A stretch of DNA of 64,000 nucleotides, taken from contig OZ242374.1 of the NCBI GenBank assembly GCA_965209055.1, forward strand, positions 1,888,001 through 1,952,000, in the 5' to 3' direction. A program made the position numbers and the translations under genes. The notes under the pieces were generated by a model. The model was not told where the DNA came from and ran no database searches. It saw only the letters and a list, made by a program, of their open reading frames with translations. This stretch comes from Acidobacteriota bacterium (GTDB lineage: Bacteria; Acidobacteriota; UBA6911; RPQK01; JAJDTT01). Of this stretch, positions 36,005 to 45,608 are shown piece after piece. Position 1 is the stretch's first letter. Each line of letters opens with the position of its first letter.

Positions 36005-37963
36005 TCACTCTTCTCTCTTTTCTTCTCCCGCTATCGGAACGACCACCGGAGGCTCCTGCCAGCCCTCCTCGATTCCGTCGACTCCCTGAACTCGAAACCG
36101 GCCCTGAGCCAGATCGAACTCCGCCGAGACACCGTTGGCGTACTCGACCCGCTGCCGGGTGCGGTCGCCGTCCAGGAACTGGTGGCTGGTCATCTCGGCG
36201 TATCCCACCGACTGAAAGTAGGCATGCCAGAGGCGGAGCCATTCCAGGCGCCGCTTCATGGCGCCGGTCTCCCAATGGTGCTTTTCAATCAGTGCTTCTC
36301 CTCCCGGAAGCCAGTTGTGGGAGGGCATGGCCCCGTACATGAGTTCGTAGAGCCGGGGGTGGCGGTCGGCGTACCAGTCATACTTGGGGGCGAAATAGTA
36401 GCCGCCGCCCGAGAAGTGCGCCGCGTAGCAGTCGTTGAAGGCCAACTGGAACAGCGGGATCGGTTCGCCTTCCCGAAGCCGGTCCCGGGACCAGTCGGTA
36501 AAGAAGAAGTAGTCGCTCTCCCCCATGCACCAGAAACGGGCCAACTCGGCGCCGGGGACGATTCCCCGCCGCCGGGCCTCCCGGAACGTCTCCACCTGCG
36601 TCTCATAGGTCATCCGGCGAGTGATGGGGCCCTCCGCCGATTGGTGTTCCGAGTGCCCCCGATGGGCGGCGTGGCCGTCGAAGTAGAGGGCATCCATTCT
36701 CAATCCCTTGGCCTGGACGTGATCCAGCAGGGCCTTGAGGGCTTCCAACGCGTAAGCGTCGCTGAACCGGGGGAAATCGACGCCGCTGAGCTTGGACGGG
36801 TCGTAGTGGGGTGCGTCCTCGTGGAAGACGTGGGGCATGACGAAGAACTTGACGGAGCACCCCAGGGCGTGGGCCTGCTCCTCCAGCCGGCGGGCCGCCG
36901 GCCATCCCCCGGCCACCGTCGGCTCTTCTCTCAGGTACTCCTGCCAGCCGGCCGGCGTCCTCTCCCCCGCCGGCCACTTGGGGTGAAAGAAGGTGACCGG
37001 GAGACCCGCGGCCTGGAAGCGGCGGATGTTCTCCAGCACCTGCGGGTGGTGCTCCGGGTTCCACTCGATGAGCCGGTATTCAATCCCCGAGAGGAACCGT
37101 TTCAAGCCCGGTTCGGAGGCCATGCGATCACTCAGGGAGGGCAGGGGACGGGTGGCCTCCACGTGCCGCCGGTAGGCTTTGGCCATGTCCACGTGGTCCT
37201 GTTCCCGGTCGAAGACCCAAAAAGCCCGCCGGGGGTAGCTCAGACTGTCCAACGAGGCCTTCCAGTCCAGGGCGATCCGGGAGCGCCGGCCCGGATCGTG
37301 ATCCACGCGGACGGCCGCGTTCCACCAGGTGTCGACGATGGTGTAGGCCGCCCGCCCGCCCGCCACCAGTCCGACCATGGGCAGGCTGTACTCGGCTCCA
37401 AGAAGGCCGGTGAGAGACACCGGGCCGGCAGAGTCGGACCGGATCAGGTATCCGGAGCCCCAGGGGACCACCAGCCAGGACGACGGGTCCGGCTCCAGGG
37501 CCAACGTGTACAGGTCAAAGACCTCCCGGATCACGTCGTTGCCCCCCGCCTGCGACACCTGGACGTGGAGCCGGCCTTGCCGGTCCAGAGCCACGTCGCA
37601 CCCCAGGACGGCGTCGGTATCTTCCCATCCGCTCAGCCGGACCCGGTAGCCTTCCAGTTCGCCCTCCCGGTACTCTTCCGCTCGTTGCCGGGCTGCACCC
37701 TTGCAGCTCAGGGTGCGCGGACTGTTCTGCTCCGGAGAACCGGAAGCCCGGACCTCGACGCCGGGCGTCTCCGATCTCCACGTGGGAGTGGGTTCCGAGC
37801 CGTAGTAGACCGAGAGCGACAGGTCCCGGTCGATGCCGAGCGTCAGTTCGCCGCTTTCCAGCTCGAGCCAGTGCCGAGACTCCCGGACCGAATCACCCCC
37901 ACAGGCGGGGAGCAGGAAGAGGAGGAGAATCGGAAGCCGGCGGAATGCGTTGCTGATGTTCAT
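36005..37963 (-). CDS. Lipoprotein, putative glycoside hydrolase
   Basis: Lipobox LLPAC; GAGGTG SD; MAKAYR, LYFDG, PIPLFQLAFND and QRVEYANGV pattern recalls DUF5696-like proteins. Confidence 0.55.
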   Translation of the reverse strand: MNISNAFRRLPILLLFLLPACGGDSVRESRHWLELESGELTLGIDRDLSLSVYYGSEPTPTWRSETPGVEVRASGSPEQNSPRTLSCKGAARQRAEEYREGELEGYRVRLSGWEDTDAVLGCDVALDRQGRLHVQVSQAGGNDVIREVFDLYTLALEPDPSSWLVVPWGSGYLIRSDSAGPVSLTGLLGAEYSLPMVGLVAGGRAAYTIVDTWWNAAVRVDHDPGRRSRIALDWKASLDSLSYPRRAFWVFDREQDHVDMAKAYRRHVEATRPLPSLSDRMASEPGLKRFLSGIEYRLIEWNPEHHPQVLENIRRFQAAGLPVTFFHPKWPAGERTPAGWQEYLREEPTVAGGWPAARRLEEQAHALGCSVKFFVMPHVFHEDAPHYDPSKLSGVDFPRFSDAYALEALKALLDHVQAKGLRMDALYFDGHAAHRGHSEHQSAEGPITRRMTYETQVETFREARRRGIVPGAELARFWCMGESDYFFFTDWSRDRLREGEPIPLFQLAFNDCYAAHFSGGGYYFAPKYDWYADRHPRLYELMYGAMPSHNWLPGGEALIEKHHWETGAMKRRLEWLRLWHAYFQSVGYAEMTSHQFLDGDRTRQRVEYANGVSAEFDLAQGRFRVQGVDGIEEGWQEPPVVVPIAGEEKREE

Positions 37964-38051
37964 GGAATCACCTCGGTTCCATGGCAACATGCCTGCCGGT
38001 CCGTGGCAAGTGCGCCGTGTCCGTTTCCACCGATGGGCACGGCACGGCGTG

Positions 38052-38156
38052 GGAGGGATGATTTCCAATCGTCCGGTTTCCCTCGTTTGCTTTGGTAATA
38101 AGAATCGGCGGCTGGGAAACCGCCGCTCCAATCGGCGGCTGGGAAACCGCCGCCCC
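38052..38156. repeat. REPIN-like element with duplicated right palindrome
   Basis: GGAGGGATGATT-TCC-AATCGTCC ... (AATCGGCGGCTGGGAAACCGCCGC(T/C)CC) twice. Confidence 0.8.
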
Positions 38157-38204
38157 CATCCCGGCATCTACTTCCGGACACGTGGGTGCGGTAGACTGCG
38201 CCGC

Positions 38205-39872
38205 ATGACCTGCAACGGGAGAAGCTCGCTGGAGAACGGGTGTCTGGCGGCTGCTGCCGTCCTCATCGTGGCCGGATTGGCCGGATGCTCTTCGCATCCG
38301 TCCCGGGACCGGGAGCCGGTCCGGATCGGCGCCGTCAAGCAGCTCTTCATCGACGACCACATCGTGGAGACCACGGCGTCCGTCTCCCGGGTCCTGAACC
38401 GGCCGGTCAAGCATCCCGGAGGACCAGTGTTGAGGCCGGAGCGCAAGTGGGAAGGAAACTTTGCCGCCGTGAGCTCCGTGATCTACGATCCCCAGGACGC
38501 CCTCTTCAAGATGTGGTACGTCCCCAGTCTGATCACGGCCGAGCGGCCTCCCGGACCCCTGGAGGAATACGAGAGCCTGCTTCGCGCCAGCAATTACCAG
38601 GAGCAACTGGACCTGTCCTGTTACGCCGTCTCCCGGGACGGGGTTCGCTGGGAGAGACCCGAGCTGGGTCTGGTGGAGTTCGAGGGCTCGGCCCGCAACA
38701 ACATCATTTCGGACCGGTCGGTCCGCTCCGAAGGCGGGCTCTACAACTCGGGCCGCGCACCCAACGCGTTCCGGGACCACAGGGAACAGGATCCGGACCG
38801 GCGCTACAAGGCCCTGGGTTACGCCCGGGCGGCGAACGGAAAGATCGGCATCTGCCTCTACTTTTCACCGGACGGGCTCGCCTGGAACGAGTATCCGGGA
38901 AACCCGGTCATGATGGGGACGGGCGACACTCACACCGTCCTGGGTTGGGACCCTTCCCGGAAAAAGTACGTGGCCTATCTGCGGCCCGGATGGAAGGACT
39001 ACGAGGAGGCCGTCGCAGCCTACGAATCCATTCCAACCGAGGTTCGAGCCGCCAGCCTGCCCTCCCACACGCTCGACCAGTTGGCGCCTGCCGCGGGAAA
39101 CCGCCGGATCCGGACCATCGGTTTCTCGTCCAGCGACGACTTCGTTCGCTGGTCGCCCATTGAACCGGCGTTGATTCCCGATTCGATGGATCCGGCGGAC
39201 CTCCAGTTCTACGGCATGCCGGCTCTGCTCTACGAAGGAATCTACCTGGGGTTTCCCTGGGTGTTCCGAACCAACAGCCTGACCATGGAGAGCCATTTCG
39301 CCTACAGCCGCGCCGGCCGGGAATTCCGGCGCCTCCCGGACCGGGGCCCCTTCATTCCGCTTGGAGCCAACGGCACGTGGGACGACGGCTGCGTCTATGT
39401 CCGGCAGCCCATCGTGCACGACGGCACGATCTGGTTCTTCTACCTGGGCGTCAACTGGCGCCACGGTGTGGAGGATTTGTTGGCGGAGGGAGAGAACGCC
39501 GAGGCGGCTGTGGGACTGGCCACCCTTCCCCTGGACGGCTTCGTCTCGCTGGACGCCGGTCCCAATGCAGGGACGGTGACCACCCGCCCGCTGATATTCG
39601 AAGGAAGCCGCCTGCTGGTGAGCTTCGAGGATTCGCAAAAGGGGTCGGCCGGCGTGGACCACCACTCTTCCCTGAGGGTGGAGGTGCTGAACTCTCAAGG
39701 AGAACCGCTGGAGGGTTTCGGTCTGGAGGAGATGGATCCGGTCACCCGCACCGTCGCCGCCCAACCGGTCTCCTGGGCCGGATCGTCCGATCTGTCGGCC
39801 CTGGCCGGCCAGCCGGTTCAATTGCGTTTCCACCTGCGCAACGGCAAGTTCTATTCCTTCCGGTTTCAGTAG
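38205..39872 (+). CDS. Lipoprotein, glycoside-hydrolase-like beta-propeller; paralog of 12982-14475
   Basis: LAGC lipobox; KQLFIDD, SRDGVRWERPELG, DGFVSLD and KFYSFRF. Confidence 0.65.
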   Translation: MTCNGRSSLENGCLAAAAVLIVAGLAGCSSHPSRDREPVRIGAVKQLFIDDHIVETTASVSRVLNRPVKHPGGPVLRPERKWEGNFAAVSSVIYDPQDALFKMWYVPSLITAERPPGPLEEYESLLRASNYQEQLDLSCYAVSRDGVRWERPELGLVEFEGSARNNIISDRSVRSEGGLYNSGRAPNAFRDHREQDPDRRYKALGYARAANGKIGICLYFSPDGLAWNEYPGNPVMMGTGDTHTVLGWDPSRKKYVAYLRPGWKDYEEAVAAYESIPTEVRAASLPSHTLDQLAPAAGNRRIRTIGFSSSDDFVRWSPIEPALIPDSMDPADLQFYGMPALLYEGIYLGFPWVFRTNSLTMESHFAYSRAGREFRRLPDRGPFIPLGANGTWDDGCVYVRQPIVHDGTIWFFYLGVNWRHGVEDLLAEGENAEAAVGLATLPLDGFVSLDAGPNAGTVTTRPLIFEGSRLLVSFEDSQKGSAGVDHHSSLRVEVLNSQGEPLEGFGLEEMDPVTRTVAAQPVSWAGSSDLSALAGQPVQLRFHLRNGKFYSFRFQ

Positions 39873-39929
39873 GATCGAGCTTGCCGTCATGGCATCTCCC
39901 GAGGAGAAAACCTCCCCCGCGGGAGTCGT

Positions 39930-40568
39930 TCAGAGGAATTCGTAACCAATCTTCCGACATGCATGTCGGATCGGCTCGATCAACATCGGGCTGCTCAACT
40001 TGCCGTGGAAGCCGGGTGTCTCCGGGAACGGATTGACGGCGAGGACGCGTTCATAGAGTGCGATCACAGGCCGATTGGTGAGCGAGGAGGGGTAGTAGAG
40101 CCCATGTATGCTGCGGTAGCGTTCGTGCAACGCACGCGACCAGTTCTGGGAGTAGATGGCCGGTCCGCTGACCAGTTTCATGGAGCCGCCGGCTCGGACG
40201 CAGAAAGTGCCGGTCAGATCGAGCAATGACAGGTCGTTAGCCAGCTTGAAAGACACCAGCCAGGGCCGCTGAAGAAATCTGTCGACGGTCCGCCGTTCTT
40301 GGAACACTTCCGCCAGCGCGGTCGAAACATCGACGGCAAGATACAGGATGCCGCGCGTCTGTTCTTGAGATCTCTCCGCGTCGTCGGGGTGGTGGTGATC
40401 GAAACGAGCCGAGGTCGGCCCGTAGTGTCGGAACCGGCGCCACTGGGTCGGATGTTCACCGCCGCGCCGATAGATTCGGTGTAGCGGAGTCCCGCTGCGA
40501 AGTGAGACCAAGCTCGGAGGAAGGCGCTGGAGTCTGACCGGATCTGGTCTGTTCGGAAGTTTGGCCAT
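39930..40568 (-). CDS. RES-domain toxin (NAD+ phosphorylase family)
   Basis: ARFDHH (R), LAEVF (E), GLYYPSS (S); downstream of an HTH partner. Confidence 0.85.
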   Translation of the reverse strand: MAKLPNRPDPVRLQRLPPSLVSLRSGTPLHRIYRRGGEHPTQWRRFRHYGPTSARFDHHHPDDAERSQEQTRGILYLAVDVSTALAEVFQERRTVDRFLQRPWLVSFKLANDLSLLDLTGTFCVRAGGSMKLVSGPAIYSQNWSRALHERYRSIHGLYYPSSLTNRPVIALYERVLAVNPFPETPGFHGKLSSPMLIEPIRHACRKIGYEFL

Positions 40569-41325
40569 GGCGCCCCCTCATGCGGTTGGCGAGAAACACC
40601 ACTCGCTCGGCGTCGTATCCTCCCTTCAGCCATTCCAGTGGTCGGATGGTGTGATCGATGTCCTCATCCAGGTACAGATCCAGATTCGGCAAGTGGTACC
40701 AGTTGTACACCTCAACAGGATGCAGATCACTCGGGAGCGCCTTGTTGACTCCCGCGATGTTGGACACCAACCGGTTACCCTGAAACTGGAAGTCCGGAAC
40801 GTAACGGCGATGGCCGATCAGAAAGCTGTACAGCGATCGATCTCCGATCATCTGGCGAATCCGGCCCGGGCTCAGTCCGAGCCGACGGCTCGCAGCCTTG
40901 CTCGAAAGGCTCCGCGTGACGATGGCGGCATATTTGACGGTGGTCTGAGCCAGTGGATCAGGCCCCGGCTGCGGCTCCAGGACCAGACCCCCTTGACGAA
41001 GGACGTCCTGCTCCTCGACCGTCAGCTCTCGAGTGGCGTTGCCGTAGACCGTCGGTTCCATTTGTTCGAGAACGAGCATCAGGGCATGTTTCGCGGCAGA
41101 TTGGACGGTGGTCTGAGCCAGTGGATCAGGCTCCGGCTGCGGTTCCAGGACCAGACAGCCTTGACGAGGGACGTCTTGCTCCACGGCCCGCATTTCCCGA
41201 GTGACGTCGCCATAGACCGTCGGCTCCATCTGTTCGAGAACGAGCATCAGAGCCTGGTTCAGCGATTCATATGAAGTTTCCCGGAAACCTCGTGCGGCGA
41301 AGTAGCTCTCGGGAAGAGATTTCAT
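40456..41325 (-). CDS. Putative antitoxin/HTH DNA-binding partner of the RES toxin
   Basis: AAGGAG SD; HTH LSSKAASRRLGLSPGRIRQ; VPDFQF; C-terminal PLEWL (MbcA/Xre-like). Confidence 0.75.
   Translation of the reverse strand: MKSLPESYFAARGFRETSYESLNQALMLVLEQMEPTVYGDVTREMRAVEQDVPRQGCLVLEPQPEPDPLAQTTVQSAAKHALMLVLEQMEPTVYGNATRELTVEEQDVLRQGGLVLEPQPGPDPLAQTTVKYAAIVTRSLSSKAASRRLGLSPGRIRQMIGDRSLYSFLIGHRRYVPDFQFQGNRLVSNIAGVNKALPSDLHPVEVYNWYHLPNLDLYLDEDIDHTIRPLEWLKGGYDAERVVFLANRMRGRHGQTSEQTRSGQTPAPSSELGLTSQRDSATPNLSARR
40918..41253 (-). repeat. In-frame 168-bp tandem duplication in the antitoxin
   Basis: ALMLVLEQMEPTVYG...DPLAQTTV occurs twice with a 56-aa period. Confidence 0.9.
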
Positions 41326-41477
41326 GCCGATCTCCTTGGGATGCAGATTCGAGCGCTGTTGATTTTGGCTAGTGTATACCATCGTCCCAACGGGTCGATC
41401 TTGCGAATCGGCGGTCGCGGGGAGGGCGTGTGGAATTGTCGAGCCTCCTCCGCAAACCCGGCTGTTTTCGTCCCCTC

Positions 41478-42146
41478 TTACAGTAACGACGCCGACCCGG
41501 AAGTGACGATCCGGCCTTGGTTGAGCAGGATCGTTCGGCTGGCCAGGCGGAGGACCGCCTCGCGGACGTGACTCACGATCAGGGTGGGGATTCGCCACTC
41601 GTCGATGACCCGGGCGATGTAGTCCAGGATGCGGTCCCGAAGGGGTTCGTCCAGCGCGGCCGTGGGTTCATCCAGGAGCAGGAATTCCGGATGGATCAAC
41701 AGGGCCCGGCCCAACGCCACCCGTTGCTGCTCACCGCCCGAGAGGTTGCGGGGGTAGCGTTTCAGCAGGCGCTCCAGATCCAGGACCTCCACCAGCCGGT
41801 CGAAGCGGATCCCGTCCCCCGGCCTTCCATTTTGCCTGCGGCCGAAGCGGAGGTTGCTCTCCACGGTGAGGTGCGGGAACAGGCGCCGGTCCTGGAAGAC
41901 GAACCCGATGCGGCGCCGCTCGGGAGGCACCATGATTCGCCGCTGCCGGTCCAGGACCACTTTGCGGCCGACTTCGATGCGTCCCTGCTGAGGTTGCTTC
42001 AGACCCGCGATCATCTCCAGAATCGTGGTTTTTCCGCTCCCGGAGGGGCCGCAGAGAGCCGTCACCAACTGGTCCGTCTCGAACTCGGCCTCAAGAAGGA
42101 ACCCGGTGGAGAACCGGTGGCTGGCCCGGAAGTCAAGATAGCTCAT
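41478..42146 (-). CDS. modC: Molybdate ABC transporter ATPase (no TOBE domain)
   Basis: GPSGSGKT, LSGGEQQR, LLLDEP, VFQD.RLFPHL; operon context. Confidence 0.88.
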   Translation of the reverse strand: MSYLDFRASHRFSTGFLLEAEFETDQLVTALCGPSGSGKTTILEMIAGLKQPQQGRIEVGRKVVLDRQRRIMVPPERRRIGFVFQDRRLFPHLTVESNLRFGRRQNGRPGDGIRFDRLVEVLDLERLLKRYPRNLSGGEQQRVALGRALLIHPEFLLLDEPTAALDEPLRDRILDYIARVIDEWRIPTLIVSHVREAVLRLASRTILLNQGRIVTSGSASLL

Positions 42147-42819
42147 GGCGTTCCCGTCTCCGTTCCAGGATCTCGCTGGCCGCCAGCGTGACGCAGGCCA
42201 GCAGGATGGACACCAACAGCAGGCGTTTGCTCCGGTCCCACCCGCCCGGGCTTTGCACCAGGGAATAGATGGCGGTGGGAATGGTCTGGGTCTGTCCCGG
42301 GATGTTGCCGGCCACCATGATGGTGGCGCCGAATTCGCCCAGGGTGCGGGCGAAGCCCAGCACCGAGCCGGCCACGATTCCCCGCAGGGCCAGCGGCAGG
42401 CTGACCCGGTAGAAGGTGGAGAGACGGCTCCGGCCCAGGCTTCGAGCCGCCTCCTCCAGGCGCGTGTCCACGCTCCGGAACGAGACGCGGATCGTCCTGA
42501 CCATCAGGGGAAAGCTCACGATGGCTCCCGCGGCAACCGCGGCGTACCAGGTGAAGACCACCCGCCAGCCCAGAAACTCGTCCAGCAGCCGGCCCAAGGG
42601 TCCGTTTCGCCCCATCAGAACCAGGAGAAGATAGCCGGTGACCACCGGCGGCAATACCAGGGGAAGGTTCACCACCGTCTCCACGATCCATTTGCCGGCC
42701 GACCTCCACCGGGCCAGGAAGTAGCCCAGGCCGATGGCGAACGGCAGGCCCAGGGCCACGGAGGCGGTGGCCACCTTGAGGCTGGTGACGACGGCGTTCC
42801 ACTCCGGTTCGGTCAGCAT
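42133..42819 (-). CDS. modB: Molybdate ABC transporter permease
   Basis: LPLVLPPVVTGY, EAA loop, FARTLGEFGATIMVAGNIPG. Confidence 0.93.
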   Translation of the reverse strand: MLTEPEWNAVVTSLKVATASVALGLPFAIGLGYFLARWRSAGKWIVETVVNLPLVLPPVVTGYLLLVLMGRNGPLGRLLDEFLGWRVVFTWYAAVAAGAIVSFPLMVRTIRVSFRSVDTRLEEAARSLGRSRLSTFYRVSLPLALRGIVAGSVLGFARTLGEFGATIMVAGNIPGQTQTIPTAIYSLVQSPGGWDRSKRLLLVSILLACVTLAASEILERRRERHELS

Positions 42820-43691
42820 GGGCCTCCCGTTGGCGTTTTCCCCGCCGATGTTGCAATTTGCGGTCCGGCCCGCGGCGCGGACGCGATTCCGGCAGCCTGG
42901 TCTGCAAGTATCGAGAACCCGAATCGACGGAAGACGTCAGCGGATTCCGGGGAGGAGAGGTACTCGAAGAAACGCTTGGCCGCCTCGCCGGGAGATTTCA
43001 GGAGGATCAGGGGGTACACGATGGGCCGGCTCGAGGCGGTGTCGAGTTCCAGGAGTGGTTGCACCTCCTCCGAGATCCGCAGATCGGTGGCATAGACGAT
43101 GCCCGCCTCCGCCTCTCCCCGCTCCACGAAGAACAGGGCCTGGCGCACGTCGGAGCCGCGCACCACCTTGGATTGGAGGGGCCGCCACAGGTCGAGTCTT
43201 TGCAGCGCATCCCGGGCGTAGATCCCCGCGGGGACGCCCTCGGGGTCGGCCAGGCTCAGCCGGGCGATTTTCGGATCCAACAGGTCGGACGGCTTCCGGA
43301 GCTGGAGGCCGCTCCCCGACGGGGCGATGACCACGAGCCGGTTTCCCAACAGGTCCCGCCGCCTGGAAGCCAGGCCCTCGGTGACGACCTCCTTCACCCA
43401 ATGAACGTTGGCGGAGAGGAACAGGTCGCCTCCGGCGCCGGCCAGGATCTGTTGAGCCAGGGTCGACGAGGCGGCGAAATTCAGGGTCACCGGCACCTGG
43501 CTCGCAGCCTCGAACCGGGTGGAGATCTCCCGGACGGCGTCCTGGGTGCTGGCCGCCGCGAAGAAGAGGATGGAAGACGGGCTTTCTTCGCGGGCGCCGC
43601 AGGCCGGCGCCGCGGCCGCGAGCAGGACCGCGGCGGCCGTGCGCAAGCAGTTCGGCAGGGAGCGTTTCGGCATGAGACGTCGCGCCGTCAT
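42813..43691 (-). CDS. modA: Molybdate ABC transporter substrate-binding lipoprotein
   Basis: FAAAS, FAASSTLAQQI, VPAGIYA, GIVYATD; ATGA overlap with the regulator stop. Confidence 0.9.
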   Translation of the reverse strand: MTARRLMPKRSLPNCLRTAAAVLLAAAAPACGAREESPSSILFFAAASTQDAVREISTRFEAASQVPVTLNFAASSTLAQQILAGAGGDLFLSANVHWVKEVVTEGLASRRRDLLGNRLVVIAPSGSGLQLRKPSDLLDPKIARLSLADPEGVPAGIYARDALQRLDLWRPLQSKVVRGSDVRQALFFVERGEAEAGIVYATDLRISEEVQPLLELDTASSRPIVYPLILLKSPGEAAKRFFEYLSSPESADVFRRFGFSILADQAAGIASAPRAGPQIATSAGKTPTGGPC

Positions 43692-44725
43692 TCCTGGATC
43701 CGGTCGCCGGCGCCCGCGGCCTCGTAGCCGGGCAGTTGTTGCAGGTCGTTTCGATAGGACCGGGAGCGGAGGACCTCCACGAGACTCCGGATGGGGAGCG
43801 TGGACTCCAGGTCGGCCCGGTAGCAGAGGTCGTAGCTCTCCTCCCGGACCTTGAGGAAGCGCAGGCCCCGTTCCTGCGCCGGCAGGCGGACGCAGATCCC
43901 GGCCTGGGCCCAGCCGGTCCGAATGGTCTCGCTGACGCCATGATGGTCGCGGGCCGTGCGGTGGTAGCCGGTGGGCTTCTCGCCCGATCCCAGAATCTGA
44001 TCCAGGCACTGCCGGGCGGCCGAGCCTTCCTCACGGCCGACCCAGCGCAGGTTCGAGGCCAGCACTTCCCGGATGGACGCGGCCTTCTGAGCCGGGTCCA
44101 GAGCCACGCCCGCCTCCCATCGAGCCACCCGGACGAGATGGAAGTTTTTGCCCAGGACCTCGCCTGCAGCCCGGAGGTTCTCGGCATGGTCGAAATGAAG
44201 GCCGGCCGCGTGCACCAGGCCCTGTCCCAGAAGCCGGATCGCTTCCCGGCTGGAGCGGATCAGGGGAAGGACCCGGAGCCCGCAATCGGCCCCCACGTGG
44301 GAGGAGAGCAAGCCCACCGACGGGTCGCACCCGGCCACCACCAGCGTCTTCTCCGGGTTCATGGGCCGGGTCAGGTCGAGCTTGGATTCTCCATAGACGC
44401 CGTCATGCCGCAGACTGCCCGCCAGCGTCCACTCGGTGGGGAACGCGAGGGTCCTGCCGCCGACTCTCGCCCGCCAGAAACGGCCCCGTTGCCGCCGGGG
44501 CTCCCAGGCCCAATCGACCTGCTGCCCGTCGATTTCGCCCAGGCTGAAGAGTTCCTCCACCGAGCAGTCGAAGGCGCGGGCTAGGGAAAGCGCGGCCGCG
44601 GTGGAAGGAATGACCCGTCCCGTCTCGATGGCGCTGATGGCGGCCCGGGAGAGGCCGGCGCGGCGGGCCAGTTCCTGCTGAGACCAGTTCAGACGCCGTC
44701 GCCGGTGAGAGAGGCTGTTTCGCAT
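43688..44725 (-). CDS. XRE-HTH plus PBP-like molybdate-sensing transcriptional regulator
   Basis: SQQELARRAGLSRAAISAIETG HTH; AGCDP, GREEGSAAR, ESYDL; first gene of the mod operon. Confidence 0.8.
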   Translation of the reverse strand: MRNSLSHRRRRLNWSQQELARRAGLSRAAISAIETGRVIPSTAAALSLARAFDCSVEELFSLGEIDGQQVDWAWEPRRQRGRFWRARVGGRTLAFPTEWTLAGSLRHDGVYGESKLDLTRPMNPEKTLVVAGCDPSVGLLSSHVGADCGLRVLPLIRSSREAIRLLGQGLVHAAGLHFDHAENLRAAGEVLGKNFHLVRVARWEAGVALDPAQKAASIREVLASNLRWVGREEGSAARQCLDQILGSGEKPTGYHRTARDHHGVSETIRTGWAQAGICVRLPAQERGLRFLKVREESYDLCYRADLESTLPIRSLVEVLRSRSYRNDLQQLPGYEAAGAGDRIQE

Positions 44726-44763
44726 GGATACAGAAGTATCCAATTCTGATACTAAGCTGTCAA
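44725..44763 (-). promoter_or_regulatory. sigma70 promoter with overlapping palindromic operator
   Basis: TTGACA-17 nt-GATACT; TGGATAC-N4-GTATCCA palindrome at 44725-44742. Confidence 0.7.
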
Positions 44764-45593
44764 CTCACCCGAACTTCACCTGGGCTACTCTCCTTTCGCC
44801 CCCGGCAGAGGACGGCCACCATGGGGACTTCCAGGCCGCCGTCGATTTCGTAGGCCGACGCCCGCTCCAGGATGGCCTCGCGGATCCGGACCAGGTCAGC
44901 CGGTGCCTGCGCCAATAGCGTGGGACCCGTGCGGGCTGTCCCCTCCTCGAACGCCCTCAGGAGGACCGCCGCCGAAGAGAGTCGCCAAGTCAGGCGGATC
45001 GACTCGATTCGCGGCTCCCGGAACCCGGTTTCAAGGAGGACCCGGCGCGACTCCTCCGGGTCGCTGAAACGGAAGAAGGGCGGCCCGGGCGGCAGCGGGA
45101 CCTCCAGGGTGCCGTAATCGCGGATGGAGCCGTAGACCACTTCGAAGGCCCGGGACTGGTCCGGAGGCGCCCAGACCGTGTAGGCGGCCCGTCCGCCCGG
45201 GCGGAGCACGCGGTGCGCCTCGGCCAGAGCCCGCTCCGGATGTTGGAAATGGAGCATCCCGAAATTGATGGCCACGGCGTCGAAGCTCTCGTCCGGGAAG
45301 TCCAGTTCCTCGGCGTCCCCCAGCCGGAAGTCGAGGGTGGGGTGCAGGCGTCGGGCTCCGGACAGCATTTCGCTGGAGAAGTCGACTCCAACGACCGAAG
45401 CGCCTGCCGCGGCCGCCGCCGCCGCGACATGCCCGGTTCCGCAGCTCACGTCCAGGAGGCGGGATTCCGGGTTCACGCGAAGCGCATCCAACAGGGGTGG
45501 GACGGTCTGCCGGGTCAGGCCGGCCCAGCAGCCGGCGTAGGTCTCAACGGCCTCCTGCCATCGCCCGTGCTCGAATTCGCGAAAGGTCGTCAT
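44760..45593 (-). CDS. Class I SAM-dependent methyltransferase
   Basis: LLDVSCGTG, GVDFS, GDAEELDFPDESFDAV, VLRPGG. Confidence 0.9.
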   Translation of the reverse strand: MTTFREFEHGRWQEAVETYAGCWAGLTRQTVPPLLDALRVNPESRLLDVSCGTGHVAAAAAAAGASVVGVDFSSEMLSGARRLHPTLDFRLGDAEELDFPDESFDAVAINFGMLHFQHPERALAEAHRVLRPGGRAAYTVWAPPDQSRAFEVVYGSIRDYGTLEVPLPPGPPFFRFSDPEESRRVLLETGFREPRIESIRLTWRLSSAAVLLRAFEEGTARTGPTLLAQAPADLVRIREAILERASAYEIDGGLEVPMVAVLCRGRKESSPGEVRVS

Positions 45594-45608
45594 ATTCGAT
45601 GGTTCCCG

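Noticed and set aside
36182-38098. 638-aa plus-strand ORF
   Set aside because: Antisense shadow of the lipoprotein gene 36005-37963
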